Shown here in pieces: positions 18,162 through 27,747 of a stretch of 44,668 bases of DNA (within the stretch, counting starts at the first letter, position 1; each line of letters begins with the position of its first letter). The notes beneath the pieces are model-generated. The model saw nothing but the letters and a program-made list of their open reading frames with translations. It made no database searches and was not told the origin of the DNA. This DNA comes from Deltaproteobacteria bacterium (GTDB taxonomy: Bacteria > Myxococcota > JACRCW01). Made by a program: the position numbers and the translations under genes. The DNA lies in NCBI GenBank assembly GCA_016218805.1, contig JACRCW010000015.1, positions 1-44,668 on the forward strand. The letters run 5' to 3'.

Positions 18162-20078
18162 ATGGCGGGGGCCGTCATCCGACCGGAGAGCAAGCACGTC
18201 CAGGACACGATCATGCGTGCCCTGTTCGAAACCGCGCACGACGCCATTGGCGTGTCGGTGGCGGGCACGCACGTGATGGTGAACGCGGCCTACCTGCGCC
18301 TGTTCGGCTACGAGCGCGCCGAGGAAGTCCTGGGGCGCCCCATCCTGGACCTCATTGCGCCGGCCGCGCGCGTGGAGATCCTGGAGCGCGTCAAGGCGCG
18401 CCTGGTGGGCAAGAGCCTGGGTGACCGGTACGAGACGCGCGGGCTGCGCCGGGACGGCACCGAGTTCGACATGGAGGTGCAGGTCAGCCCGTACGAACTG
18501 GACGGCGTGGTGCACACGCTGGTGACCCTGCGGGATGTGACCGAGATGCGCCGCGTGGCCCAGCAGCTGCGCGAGGGGCAGGCTTTCTACAAGGCGCTGT
18601 TTGAGGTCAACACCGCCGTCAAGATCCTGGTGGACCCGGAGACCGGCCAGGTGGTGGACGCAAACCCCGCCGCGTCTGCGTTCTATGGCTACCCCCTGGA
18701 CGTGTTGCGGCAGATGAAGGTGATGGACCTCAATCCGGCTCCGCCCGCGCGCGTCAAGGAACTCCTGCAGGCGGCGGCGCGCGGGCAGCAGAAGTTCTTC
18801 CAGCTCCAGCACCGCCTGGCGTCTGGCGAACTGCGCGACGTGGAACTGCACTCCGGCCCGTTCCAGCACGGCGGGCGCACGCTGCTGATGTCCATTGTGC
18901 ATGATGCGACGGAGCGGCGGCGGCTGGAGGAGCGGCTGCGGCAGGGGCAGAAGCTGGAGGCGCTGGGGCGCCTGGCGGGCGGCATTGCGCATGACTTCAA
19001 CAACATCCTCACCGCCATCATTGGCCACGGGTCCATTGCGCAGGAGCTGGTACGGGGCGAGGCGCGCGAACACCTGGACGAGATCATCCAGAACGCCCGC
19101 CGTGCTGGCGCGCTCACCCGCCAACTGCTGGCCATGTCACGCCAGCAGGTGCTGCAGCCGCGCGTCATTGACGTGGGCGCGGTGGTGGCCGGGATGGAGA
19201 ACCTGCTGCGCCGCGCGCTGGGCGAGCGCGTGGCGCTGACCACGGAGCTGGGCAAGAACGTTCCGTGCGCGGTGGCGGACGCCGGCCAGCTGGAGCAGGT
19301 CATCCTCAACCTGGCGGCCAACGCGCGTGACGCCATGCCGCGGGGCGGCCCGCTCACGCTGCGCACCGCGCTGGTGGAGGGGCGCGGCCAGCCGGTGGTG
19401 GGCGGCACGCTGCCGCCGGGGCGGTGGGTGGCGCTCAGCGTCCGGGACGCCGGCGAAGGCATGGATGAGGCCAGCGCGTCCCGCGTGTTTGACCCGTTCT
19501 TTGCCACGCCGGACCAGGCGGCCCCCAGCGGCCTGGGGCTCACCTCCGTGTACGGCGTGGTCCAGCAGTCCGGCGGTCACATTGCGCTGGAGACCGCCCC
19601 GGGCGCGGGCTGTTGTTTCACGGTGTACCTGCCCGCGTCAGACGCCCCGCCGGGCACGGCCACTGCCGGAACCGCGCTGGGCCCCGCCGGCCCGCGCCCC
19701 GCCACGGTGCTCGTGGTGGAGGACAATGAGGACGTCCGGCGTTTCCTGGTCCTGTCACTCAAGCGCGCGGGCCACGCGGTGCTGGAGGCCGGTGACGGCA
19801 CCACCGCGCTGCAGCTGGCGGCCTCCCACGCCGGCACCGTTGACCTGCTGGTGACCGATGTCATGATTCCGGACCACAGCGGCCCGGAGGTGTATGAGCA
19901 ACTGCACGGCACCCGGCCGGGGATGAAGGTGCTGTTCATCTCAGGCTTTGCGGATGGGCAGCTGGAGGGCTTCCCGCGGGACGCCGCGTTCCTCCAGAAG
20001 CCGTTCACCGGACGGGACCTGACCGCCACCGTCCGCGCGCTCCTGGATGACGGCGCCTCCCCCGCGCCCGGCGCGTGA
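18162..20078 (+). CDS. Hybrid sensor histidine kinase (2 PAS - HisKA - HATPase - receiver)
   Basis: H box GIAHDFNNILT, N box NLAANARDAM, DAGEGM and GLGL; receiver VVEDN...TD...KPF. Confidence 0.93.
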   Translation: MAGAVIRPESKHVQDTIMRALFETAHDAIGVSVAGTHVMVNAAYLRLFGYERAEEVLGRPILDLIAPAARVEILERVKARLVGKSLGDRYETRGLRRDGTEFDMEVQVSPYELDGVVHTLVTLRDVTEMRRVAQQLREGQAFYKALFEVNTAVKILVDPETGQVVDANPAASAFYGYPLDVLRQMKVMDLNPAPPARVKELLQAAARGQQKFFQLQHRLASGELRDVELHSGPFQHGGRTLLMSIVHDATERRRLEERLRQGQKLEALGRLAGGIAHDFNNILTAIIGHGSIAQELVRGEAREHLDEIIQNARRAGALTRQLLAMSRQQVLQPRVIDVGAVVAGMENLLRRALGERVALTTELGKNVPCAVADAGQLEQVILNLAANARDAMPRGGPLTLRTALVEGRGQPVVGGTLPPGRWVALSVRDAGEGMDEASASRVFDPFFATPDQAAPSGLGLTSVYGVVQQSGGHIALETAPGAGCCFTVYLPASDAPPGTATAGTALGPAGPRPATVLVVEDNEDVRRFLVLSLKRAGHAVLEAGDGTTALQLAASHAGTVDLLVTDVMIPDHSGPEVYEQLHGTRPGMKVLFISGFADGQLEGFPRDAAFLQKPFTGRDLTATVRALLDDGASPAPGA

Positions 20079-20109
20079 CGCGGCCGGCGCGCCCGGGCAG
20101 AATCACCGC

Positions 20110-20820
20110 ATGTCGCCTCGCACCGTTTTTCTCGCCGTCAGCGCCGGCGTCCTGACGCTGGCCGCCGCCGCCTATGCGGGCAGCGCCGGCAAACCGCATC
20201 CCCACCAGGGCGTGCTGAAGCCGTACGCGCAGCTGCCGCCTCCCAAGCTGGCCCCGGCGGACCTGAGCACCCTGGACGCGGGCCGCCCCATCCGGCGCCA
20301 GACAGAAGGTGACGCCGGCGGACGCGGCCTGGCCATCTTCCGCGTGGCCGCAGCGCCTGAAACCGTGTGGAGCGTGATTGGGGACTTCCCCAGCTACCCC
20401 AAGTGGATTGACAACGTCAGCCGCACGGACGTGTACAAGCGGGACGGCGAAAACATCTACGTGGCGTTCCGCCTGTCCGGGCTGGGTTTCTCCATCGACT
20501 ACTTCATCCACCACGTCTACCACGACGCGCAGCAGTGGGGGACGTGGACGCTGGATTACTCGCGCGAGAGTGACCTGGATGATTCCGTGGGTTTCTGGCG
20601 CGTGACGCCCGTGGAGGGAAAGCCCGGCTGGAGCACGGTGGAGTACAGCGTGGACGTGCAGCTGCGCGGCTGGCTGCCCGGCTTCATCCGCGGAATCATC
20701 GTGGACAAGGGACTCAGGCAGGCCACCGAGTGGGTGAAGGTGCAGGCGGAAGCGCGGCAGAAGGCGCGCGCGCGGCAGGCCGGCGCTGCCACCGCACCCG
20801 CCGCAGCGGGCGCACCCTAG
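20110..20820 (+). CDS. Exported SRPBCC/START (polyketide cyclase-like) protein
   Basis: Signal peptide; APETVWSVIGDFPSYPKWI, G(F)W.V and V.YSV.V patterns. Confidence 0.8.
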   Translation: MSPRTVFLAVSAGVLTLAAAAYAGSAGKPHPHQGVLKPYAQLPPPKLAPADLSTLDAGRPIRRQTEGDAGGRGLAIFRVAAAPETVWSVIGDFPSYPKWIDNVSRTDVYKRDGENIYVAFRLSGLGFSIDYFIHHVYHDAQQWGTWTLDYSRESDLDDSVGFWRVTPVEGKPGWSTVEYSVDVQLRGWLPGFIRGIIVDKGLRQATEWVKVQAEARQKARARQAGAATAPAAAGAP

Positions 20821-21650
20821 CGGCAGTGCAGGTGCGCCTGGCTGGGCGCCCACCATGCGTCCGCGGGAACCGTGACGCTGATGGGGCCGGTAGCCGGCGG
20901 GATATTGAGGCACGCCACCCGCGCAAGCGGGCCCTCCGCGGCGGGCCTCAGGAAGGTGAGGTAGACCCGCAACCGGTTGGTGGCCCCCGGCAGCAACCAC
21001 ACACCGGTGAAACGGAACTGGAAGCACTGCTGCCGATGCATGGTCCCCTGGTCCATCAGGGTGATCCGGAAACCGTTTCCCCAGTTCACCGCAGACGTCG
21101 CGTCCTGGTGAGCCAACGCCTCAGACCTGTTGCGGGAGCCATCACCGTCCATGTCGGCATCGGCGTCGGCCCGCGCGGGGTCGGTGCCCAGCACGACCTC
21201 CAGTCCATCGGGGAGGTCGTCGCCATCGGTATCCAGGACGGCGGGGTCAAGACCAAGCAGTCCCTCCTCGTCGTCGCGCAACTCGTCTCCGTCGGAGTCC
21301 ATGGCGCCGCAGGCGGGTTGCTCGGCCTGGAGCGGGTCGCGGCCGGCGCGCAGTTCCACCAGGTCTGAGCAGCCGTCACCGTCGCTGTCTCGCTTGGCGG
21401 CGTCCGTGCCGAGTTCCCCTTCCCGCTCATCACCCAGACCGTCCGCATCGGAATCAAACTCCGGCTCCCTCCGGATTGGAGCGAGGTTGAGATTCGTCAG
21501 CAGCAGATTCCGCAGCCGGTCCGTGGCGTCGATGCAGAGAGCACCGGACACCCGCGCAACAGGCGCGCGGTGGGCCGCACCCGGTCCCGGCGGTGGTGGA
21601 CCGCACGCCACCAGCAGGGCAAAGCCTGACGTCAACAACCGCCGCACCAT
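20817..21650 (-). CDS. Lipoprotein with TSP3-like Ca-binding repeats
   Basis: Lipobox LVAC; five D(S/T/M)DxDxxx(D/N)xxE repeats, most followed by GxDP. Confidence 0.8.
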   Translation of the reverse strand: MVRRLLTSGFALLVACGPPPPGPGAAHRAPVARVSGALCIDATDRLRNLLLTNLNLAPIRREPEFDSDADGLGDEREGELGTDAAKRDSDGDGCSDLVELRAGRDPLQAEQPACGAMDSDGDELRDDEEGLLGLDPAVLDTDGDDLPDGLEVVLGTDPARADADADMDGDGSRNRSEALAHQDATSAVNWGNGFRITLMDQGTMHRQQCFQFRFTGVWLLPGATNRLRVYLTFLRPAAEGPLARVACLNIPPATGPISVTVPADAWWAPSQAHLHCR

Positions 21651-21812
21651 GTGGCTCCCCCTCCCCTGTGGATGGTCACCCACCCGCAGTGTGGCCCGCG
21701 ACCCTCCACTTGTGGAAGAGCAGGTCCTCCCGCACGCGTTGCCGCCCCACCTGTGGACGCGACCGCCGCTCGCGGCACAGGATGCCGCGCGAGACAGCGC
21801 AGGAGGTACCCG

Positions 21813-23027
21813 ATGCCCACGACGTTGATACCTCTGCTGCTGGCCACGCTGCTGGGTGCGTCCGCCGCGGAGGGACCCTCCCTGCTGGTGGTGCCGCTGC
21901 GCGGGGCGCAGGGGGTGGGGGCTCCGGTGCTGGCGGCGTTGTCGGAGCACGTCACCACGCAGGCGCGGCGGATCCCGGGTTACCGCGTGGTGTCCACGCA
22001 GGACGTGCAACAGTTGTTGACGCTGGAGATGCAGCAGCAATTGACGGGCTGCAAACAGGAGAGCTGTCTGGCGGAGCTGGCCGGCGCGCTCAACGTGGAT
22101 GAGATCCTCTACGGGTCACTCAGCCGCCTGGGCCAGCGCGGACTGGTGCTCACGCTCAACCGCGTGGATGCGCGCCGCGCCGAGGCCCTGGGCGCAGAGT
22201 CCGACCGCCTGCCGCTGTCCGACCACGACGCGATGCTGGATGTGTCCGCCCTGACGCTGCAGCGGCTGTATCCGGACTACGAGCTGCCGGCAGCGCGCGT
22301 GCAGGGCATGTCACGGTGGAGGGTGGCGGCGCTGATGACCGGCGCGGGGGCAGTCATCCAGTACGCGGGGGTTTCCACGGCGCTGTTCAGCACCGCGGCC
22401 ATCTTCCTGTTCGGCGCGGTGTTTGGACTTCCGCTGGCGCTGCCGGCGGTGGCGTTCTGCGTGCTGGCCCCGGTGGTCACGGCGGGCATCCAGGCGTGGC
22501 TGCTGGACTTGCTGGGGCGGCGGCAGGTGGGCTTCCGCACCGCAGCGCTGGTGGGCGCGCTGCTGGTCCCCCTGCTGGTGGCTCTCAGCGCGCCAGCGGT
22601 GGTAGCCGGCGTCATGTGGGGCGCCTTCAACGGACTGGTCGTCGGCGTGGCGGCAGGCGTGCTGGCGTCCGTCTCCATGCTGGGAACCCGGTCCTTTGAT
22701 GCGGGGTTGAATACCGGCGCGGTGGCCACGACGCTGGGCCTCATTGAATCCGCCGGCGGTGGGCTGTGCTGCCTGGGCCTCTGCGGCGCGCCGCCGTTGC
22801 TGGCGGCAGTGCTGGGGGTGCCGGCGCTGCAGACCTGGCTGCTGCACCGCGCGTCCAGCACGCGTCCCGTTGGCGAGGAACCGCGGCTGCCGGGCCTGTT
22901 TGCGCCGGATGAGCCGCCGCCGGGATTCCTGGGCGTTCTCCCGGCGTGGCTGCAGGGTGGCCCGGTCCCGGACGCGGACACGGACGCAGATGCCGTGGCG
23001 CTGGAGCCGGACGACGAGCAGCCGTGA
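21813..23027 (+). CDS. Membrane protein: N-terminal exported alpha/beta domain (GC...CLAE..GAL motif) plus multi-TM C-terminus
   Basis: AGGAGG RBS, signal peptide, LTGCKQESCLAELAGALNVD motif and several hydrophobic helices. Confidence 0.75.
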   Translation: MPTTLIPLLLATLLGASAAEGPSLLVVPLRGAQGVGAPVLAALSEHVTTQARRIPGYRVVSTQDVQQLLTLEMQQQLTGCKQESCLAELAGALNVDEILYGSLSRLGQRGLVLTLNRVDARRAEALGAESDRLPLSDHDAMLDVSALTLQRLYPDYELPAARVQGMSRWRVAALMTGAGAVIQYAGVSTALFSTAAIFLFGAVFGLPLALPAVAFCVLAPVVTAGIQAWLLDLLGRRQVGFRTAALVGALLVPLLVALSAPAVVAGVMWGAFNGLVVGVAAGVLASVSMLGTRSFDAGLNTGAVATTLGLIESAGGGLCCLGLCGAPPLLAAVLGVPALQTWLLHRASSTRPVGEEPRLPGLFAPDEPPPGFLGVLPAWLQGGPVPDADTDADAVALEPDDEQP

Positions 23028-23034
23028 GGCACCT

Positions 23035-25116
23035 TCAGCGCACGCCCAGCACGTAGGTGGGCTGTGCGGGAACGGTCTTCCCCTGCGCGGTCACCACCGC
23101 GTGGCAGGGGACACCGCAGCGCCGGGCGGAGACCTCCACGCGCACCGTTTCACCCGCACGCCCATCCCGGCGGGCCACGCGCCGGCCATCCGCGGCCACC
23201 AACGCCACCTCCAACGCCAGGTCCGCGGCCGGCACAACCTCCACGCCCAACTCACCCTCCTCCACTGCTGGAAGGCGGAACCAGTCCTCCTCGTCGGCCG
23301 GGAACAGGTACGCGTTCACCCGGCCGCCCGCAGGAACCACGCTGGCCATGGCCACCGTCTCGTTGGGCTCGCGCTCCTCGGCGGCGGTGAGGGCGCGCAG
23401 GGCGCCCACCTCCAGGCGGTAGTCCACGGCCTGCGGGTAGGGCGGGGCGGCGGAGATGGCGTTCTCTTCGCGCACGCGCAGCGTGGCGCGGCCTCCCTCC
23501 ACGCCCAGGTTGCGCACGCGCGGATGCGGCAGGCGCTTGCCAAACCCGCCCGTCACCAGCCGCCCGTCCACCCACACGGTGAGGCCCACGCGCACGCCGG
23601 CCACCGCGGGCTCCACACCCACGGCCAGCACGTGTGGCCCCGGGGGCAGGTCCAGCACATAGAGATCCTCGTCAGCGCGACCGGCCCGCGGGACCCCCAG
23701 CGCACCGCGCACCACGGACTCCGGGCGCACCAGGTTGGCCTCCGCCGCCTGGTCATTGGGCTCGCGTTCCACGGTGACGGCGTCCGGCGCGGCCAGCAGC
23801 GCCCAGGCGCCCGCGGACACCGCGCCCATGAGGGCCACCCCCACGGCCAGGCCCAGCCACCGCCGCACCTGCTGGGAACTCTCAAACTGTGACCATTCCT
23901 CCCGGTCCACCGCACCCAGCTCATCCAGCGTGTCCGGCTGCGGCGGGGAGGGCGGCACCGAACCCGGCGGTGTGTTCCCCGCCGGCACCGCGGACAGCGT
24001 GTCCGCGGCGGCGGCCAGGGCCGCCCGCATCTCCGTGGCGGACTGGAAACGGTCCACCGGCTTCTTGCGCAGCGCGCGGGCCAACACGCGCAGGAACGCG
24101 GGCGGCACGCTGCCGTCCGGGGGGGTGGCGGGCTCGCGCTCCATGACGGAGATGAGCACGTCCACCGGTGTGGGGCCGGTGAACGGGAGATTGCCGGTCA
24201 TCGCCTCATGCAGCATCACGCCCACGCCCCACAGGTCCGCGCGCGCATCCACGCCCACGCCGCGTGCCTGCTCGGGCGCCATGTACTCCGGCGTGCCCAC
24301 CACCAGGTCGGACCGCGTCACTGCCGCGCCGCCCTCGGACAGCCGCTCCCCCTTGGCAATTCCAAAGTCCAGCACCTTCACCAGGTCCGGCTCATCCCCA
24401 TCCACCAGGAAGATGTTGTCCGGCTTCATGTCCCGGTGGACAATTCCCTGCGCGTGCGCCTCCTCCAGGCTGTGCAGCACCTGGCCCAGGATGCGCGCGG
24501 ACCGCGCGGGGGACAGCACGCCGCGGTCACGGATGAGCGCGGACAGCGTCCGGCCCTTGAGGTACTCCATGGCCAGGTACAGCAAGCCGTCCGGTGACTC
24601 ACCAAAGTCAAACACCGCCACGGTGTTGCGGCTGCTGAGCAGCGAGGCGGCGCGCGCCTCGCGGTGGAAGCGCGCGCGCACCATCTTGTCCGCGCCCAGG
24701 TGCGGGTGCAGCACCTTGAGGGCCACCACCTTCTGCATGCGTTCATGCACGGCGCGGTAGACGGTGCCCATGCCGCCGCCGCCCAGGCGGTCCACCACGC
24801 GGTAGCGCCCGTCAATGAGGCGGCCCACCAGCGGGTCCTTCCCATCTGCGGCCAGCGCCGGCGTGCGGGCCCGGCCCGCGGGAGCCGGGCGCGGGGCCTC
24901 CGCCGCGGGGGCGGGCGGCGCGGAGACGGGGAACTGGGGCGCAGTGACCACCGGCTGGCGGAACTCGGCGCGGGCCTGCGGCGTGGCGGCAACGGTGGGC
25001 GGGGAGGGTGGCGCAGGGTCGGTGAAGCGCTGCCCGCAGCGTCCGCAGAAGCGCGATTCCGCCTCGCGCGGCGTGGCGCAGCGGGGACAGGCCGCGGGGG
25101 ACGGGGCGACGGACAC
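23035..25116 (-). CDS. Membrane Ser/Thr protein kinase (Zn ribbon - kinase - TM - PPC-like extracellular repeats)
   Basis: GGGGMGTVY, VALK, HRDMKPDN, DFG and YMAPE; one TM helix; EREPND/EREPNE repeats. Confidence 0.93.
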   Translation of the reverse strand: MSVAPSPAACPRCATPREAESRFCGRCGQRFTDPAPPSPPTVAATPQARAEFRQPVVTAPQFPVSAPPAPAAEAPRPAPAGRARTPALAADGKDPLVGRLIDGRYRVVDRLGGGGMGTVYRAVHERMQKVVALKVLHPHLGADKMVRARFHREARAASLLSSRNTVAVFDFGESPDGLLYLAMEYLKGRTLSALIRDRGVLSPARSARILGQVLHSLEEAHAQGIVHRDMKPDNIFLVDGDEPDLVKVLDFGIAKGERLSEGGAAVTRSDLVVGTPEYMAPEQARGVGVDARADLWGVGVMLHEAMTGNLPFTGPTPVDVLISVMEREPATPPDGSVPPAFLRVLARALRKKPVDRFQSATEMRAALAAAADTLSAVPAGNTPPGSVPPSPPQPDTLDELGAVDREEWSQFESSQQVRRWLGLAVGVALMGAVSAGAWALLAAPDAVTVEREPNDQAAEANLVRPESVVRGALGVPRAGRADEDLYVLDLPPGPHVLAVGVEPAVAGVRVGLTVWVDGRLVTGGFGKRLPHPRVRNLGVEGGRATLRVREENAISAAPPYPQAVDYRLEVGALRALTAAEEREPNETVAMASVVPAGGRVNAYLFPADEEDWFRLPAVEEGELGVEVVPAADLALEVALVAADGRRVARRDGRAGETVRVEVSARRCGVPCHAVVTAQGKTVPAQPTYVLGVR

Positions 25117-25266
25117 GGGCGGCGCAAGCTACACCCGCGCGTGAGGGTGTACAGCGGCAGCGTCCGTGCGGCGGTCCGGTCCGGGTGGCTGGCGGGTGCC
25201 CGGTTGTGCTACGGGCGCGGTCCGCGGGGACGTTTCATTCGGTGGGCCCCCCGCAAGGGGTGACAC

Positions 25267-26469
25267 ATGGGCACGCGTCGGTTGCGCGGGTGTACGTCGG
25301 CTGCGGTGGCGTTGGGCGTCCTGGCGGCGGCGGGTTGCGAAGACCCGGTGGTCAAGGTGTTTGACTACGCGGCCAGCTCGCCCATCTACAGCACACCCGC
25401 CATCACGCCCAATGCCATCATCTTTGGCAGTGAAAACGGCGAAGTGGTGGCCCTCAACAAGGCCGGCGAGTTCATGTGGAAGTACTCCACCCGGCGCGAC
25501 GTGGTGGGCGCGGTGCGGGTGGCGGACAACGTGGTGCTGTTCGGGAGCACCAACAACACGTTCTACGCGCTGGACCTGGGCGGCCGGGACGTGTGGAAGT
25601 ACACCACGGATGCGCGCATCAAGGGGGACCCGCTCGTCGTCGGGAAATCGGTCGTGTTCGGATCCTATGACAAGCACGTGTACGCGCTGAGCATCCTCAA
25701 CGGTCACCGCGAATGGATGTTCCCGGACGACACGCCGGCCGCGGCACCGGCGGAGGCCCCGCCCCCGGCGCCCCCGCCGGGGGACAAGGGAGCCAAGCCG
25801 GGCGCCGCGGCACCTGCGCCGGCCGCCGCGCCCCCCGCCGAGGAGAAGATCATTCCCACTGAGGCGTTCAGCTATGCCAGCCCGGTGCTGGTGGGTGAGG
25901 ACGTGGTGTTGGGCAATCTGGACGGCTACATCTATGCCATCAACGCGCATACCGGGAAGCTGCACTGGCGGTTCAAGACGGACGGCGCAGACCGCAAGAA
26001 GGGCGTGACCTCCACGGTGGTGGAAACCGCGGACGCGCTGGTGTTTGGCGCCAATGACGGACAGGTCTACGCGCTGGCCAAGGACGGCAGCAGCGTCAAG
26101 TGGAAGTTCAAGACCGGTGACGAGGTCAACGCCACGGCCACCGTCGATCAACAGGGGAACATCTACATCGGCGGAGTGGACCAGGTGTTCTACGCGCTGG
26201 ATGGCGCCGGCAAGGAGCGGTGGCGCTACCAGCTCAAGGGGCCGGTCATGGGACGCGGGGCCATCATTGAGAACCTGGTGCTGTTTGCCGGCGGTGCCGG
26301 GGACAACACCGTGTACGCGGTGGACCGGGACACCGGGAAGCTGTTCTGGAGCTTCCTCACCAACGGCAAGATTGAAACGGACGTGGTGGCGGAGGGCAAC
26401 CGCGCCTACGTGGCCAGCGAAGACCGCCGCCTGTTCTGCTTTGAGTTCAAGAAGACCCGCGGCAAGTGA
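25267..26469 (+). CDS. PQQ-like (BamB-type) beta-propeller lipoprotein
   Basis: Lipobox AAGC; repeated G...YAL...G...W(K/R)(F/Y) blades; Pro/Ala-rich insertion mid-protein. Confidence 0.88.
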   Translation: MGTRRLRGCTSAAVALGVLAAAGCEDPVVKVFDYAASSPIYSTPAITPNAIIFGSENGEVVALNKAGEFMWKYSTRRDVVGAVRVADNVVLFGSTNNTFYALDLGGRDVWKYTTDARIKGDPLVVGKSVVFGSYDKHVYALSILNGHREWMFPDDTPAAAPAEAPPPAPPPGDKGAKPGAAAPAPAAAPPAEEKIIPTEAFSYASPVLVGEDVVLGNLDGYIYAINAHTGKLHWRFKTDGADRKKGVTSTVVETADALVFGANDGQVYALAKDGSSVKWKFKTGDEVNATATVDQQGNIYIGGVDQVFYALDGAGKERWRYQLKGPVMGRGAIIENLVLFAGGAGDNTVYAVDRDTGKLFWSFLTNGKIETDVVAEGNRAYVASEDRRLFCFEFKKTRGK

Positions 26470-26496
26470 TCGCGGATCGGGTACGCTCGCCAGACC

Positions 26497-27741
26497 ATGG
26501 CGTTGCGTCCTGACCGCTGGCTGCCCGTGCTCCTGCTGGCCGGCTGCCCCATGCCGGCGGAGGACGCGCAGCACTACCGCTGCCAGGATGATGGCTGGTG
26601 TGAGCCGGGCTGGACCTGCCTGAACGGATACTGCCGCCGCGCCTGCTCCGGCCCGGCCGACTGCGCGCCGGGCACCGAGTGCGTGGGGGGCCACTGCGTG
26701 ACCGCCCCGCACGGAGCGTCCTCGGCGGGGACACCCAGCGGCGCGTCCACCTCCGGGGTGCAGCCCTCCTCCGGCGCAAGCTCCGCTGCGTCGTCGTCGG
26801 CGACCTCGCGCGCCTCCTCCAGGAGCAGCGGGTCCACCGGGAGCGCCACGTCGGACGCGGTCGCCAGCTCCGCCGGGGCGTCCGCGGCCGCCTGCAGCGC
26901 GCCGCCTTCGTCCGCCGCCGCGCCGTCCAGCACCACCGCGCCTGCGTCCTCCACCGCGGCGCCGTCCTCGTCGTCGGCCGCGCGGTCCTCCTCCGCCACG
27001 CCCCCGTCATCGGCCACCAGCCGGCCGGCTTCGGCGTCCGCCGCGTCCTCATCATCCGCACCCGCACCCTCATCCTCCGGGCCACCCACCTGCCCTTCCG
27101 GCGGGCTGCCGCCCGCGGCGGGAGCGCCGCCACCCTGCAACGCGGCGGACCCGGACCTGCTGGCCTGTTACGCGTTTGACGCGGACAATCTGGCGCCCAG
27201 CGGGGGCGTGGTCCGTGATGGGTCCTCATACGGGAATGACGGCACCGCCACGGGGGTCAGCACCGTGCCGGACCTGGACGGGATGGCGGCCCAGTTCAGC
27301 GGCGCGGCCATGATCAGCATCCCGCCCGCGGCAAGCCTGAACCCGCCCACGGAGTTCACGCTGGACGCGTGGGTCCGCCCCGTCACGCTGCCCGCCGCCG
27401 GGGCGCGGTACGGCGTGTTTGACCGCAACGGGCAGTTCGGGATGTTCCTCATGGACACCGGTGAGCTGCGGTGCAGCGCCACCAACGTGGTCACGGGAGG
27501 CAGCATCCCGGTGAATGTGTGGACGCATGTTGCGTGCGTGATTTCTCCCACCGCGGTGGAGCTGTACGTGAACGGCCTGCTGGCGGTGACCGCCGCCCGC
27601 AGCGGCGCCTTGAACACCGGCAACCAGGACGTTGTGGCGGTGGGTGCCAACTCGCCGTCGGGGGACAGCTTCCAGGGGCGGCTGGACCGGGTGCGCCTGT
27701 GGCAGACCGCGCATCCGGCCAACCGCGTCTGCACCCAGTGA
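26497..27741 (+). CDS. Lipoprotein: Cys-rich repeats - Ser/Ala-rich linker - LamG/ConA-like domain
   Basis: Lipobox LAGC; CxxxxDCxxGxxCxxGxC repeats; FTLDAWVRP, WTHVA, LYVNG and FQGRLDRVRLW. Confidence 0.85.
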   Translation: MALRPDRWLPVLLLAGCPMPAEDAQHYRCQDDGWCEPGWTCLNGYCRRACSGPADCAPGTECVGGHCVTAPHGASSAGTPSGASTSGVQPSSGASSAASSSATSRASSRSSGSTGSATSDAVASSAGASAAACSAPPSSAAAPSSTTAPASSTAAPSSSSAARSSSATPPSSATSRPASASAASSSSAPAPSSSGPPTCPSGGLPPAAGAPPPCNAADPDLLACYAFDADNLAPSGGVVRDGSSYGNDGTATGVSTVPDLDGMAAQFSGAAMISIPPAASLNPPTEFTLDAWVRPVTLPAAGARYGVFDRNGQFGMFLMDTGELRCSATNVVTGGSIPVNVWTHVACVISPTAVELYVNGLLAVTAARSGALNTGNQDVVAVGANSPSGDSFQGRLDRVRLWQTAHPANRVCTQ

Positions 27742-27747
27742 GCGCCC

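Noticed and set aside
26713..27090. TCC/TCG-rich tandem-like repeats
   Set aside because: Low-complexity Ser/Ala linker coding sequence, not a discrete DNA repeat.
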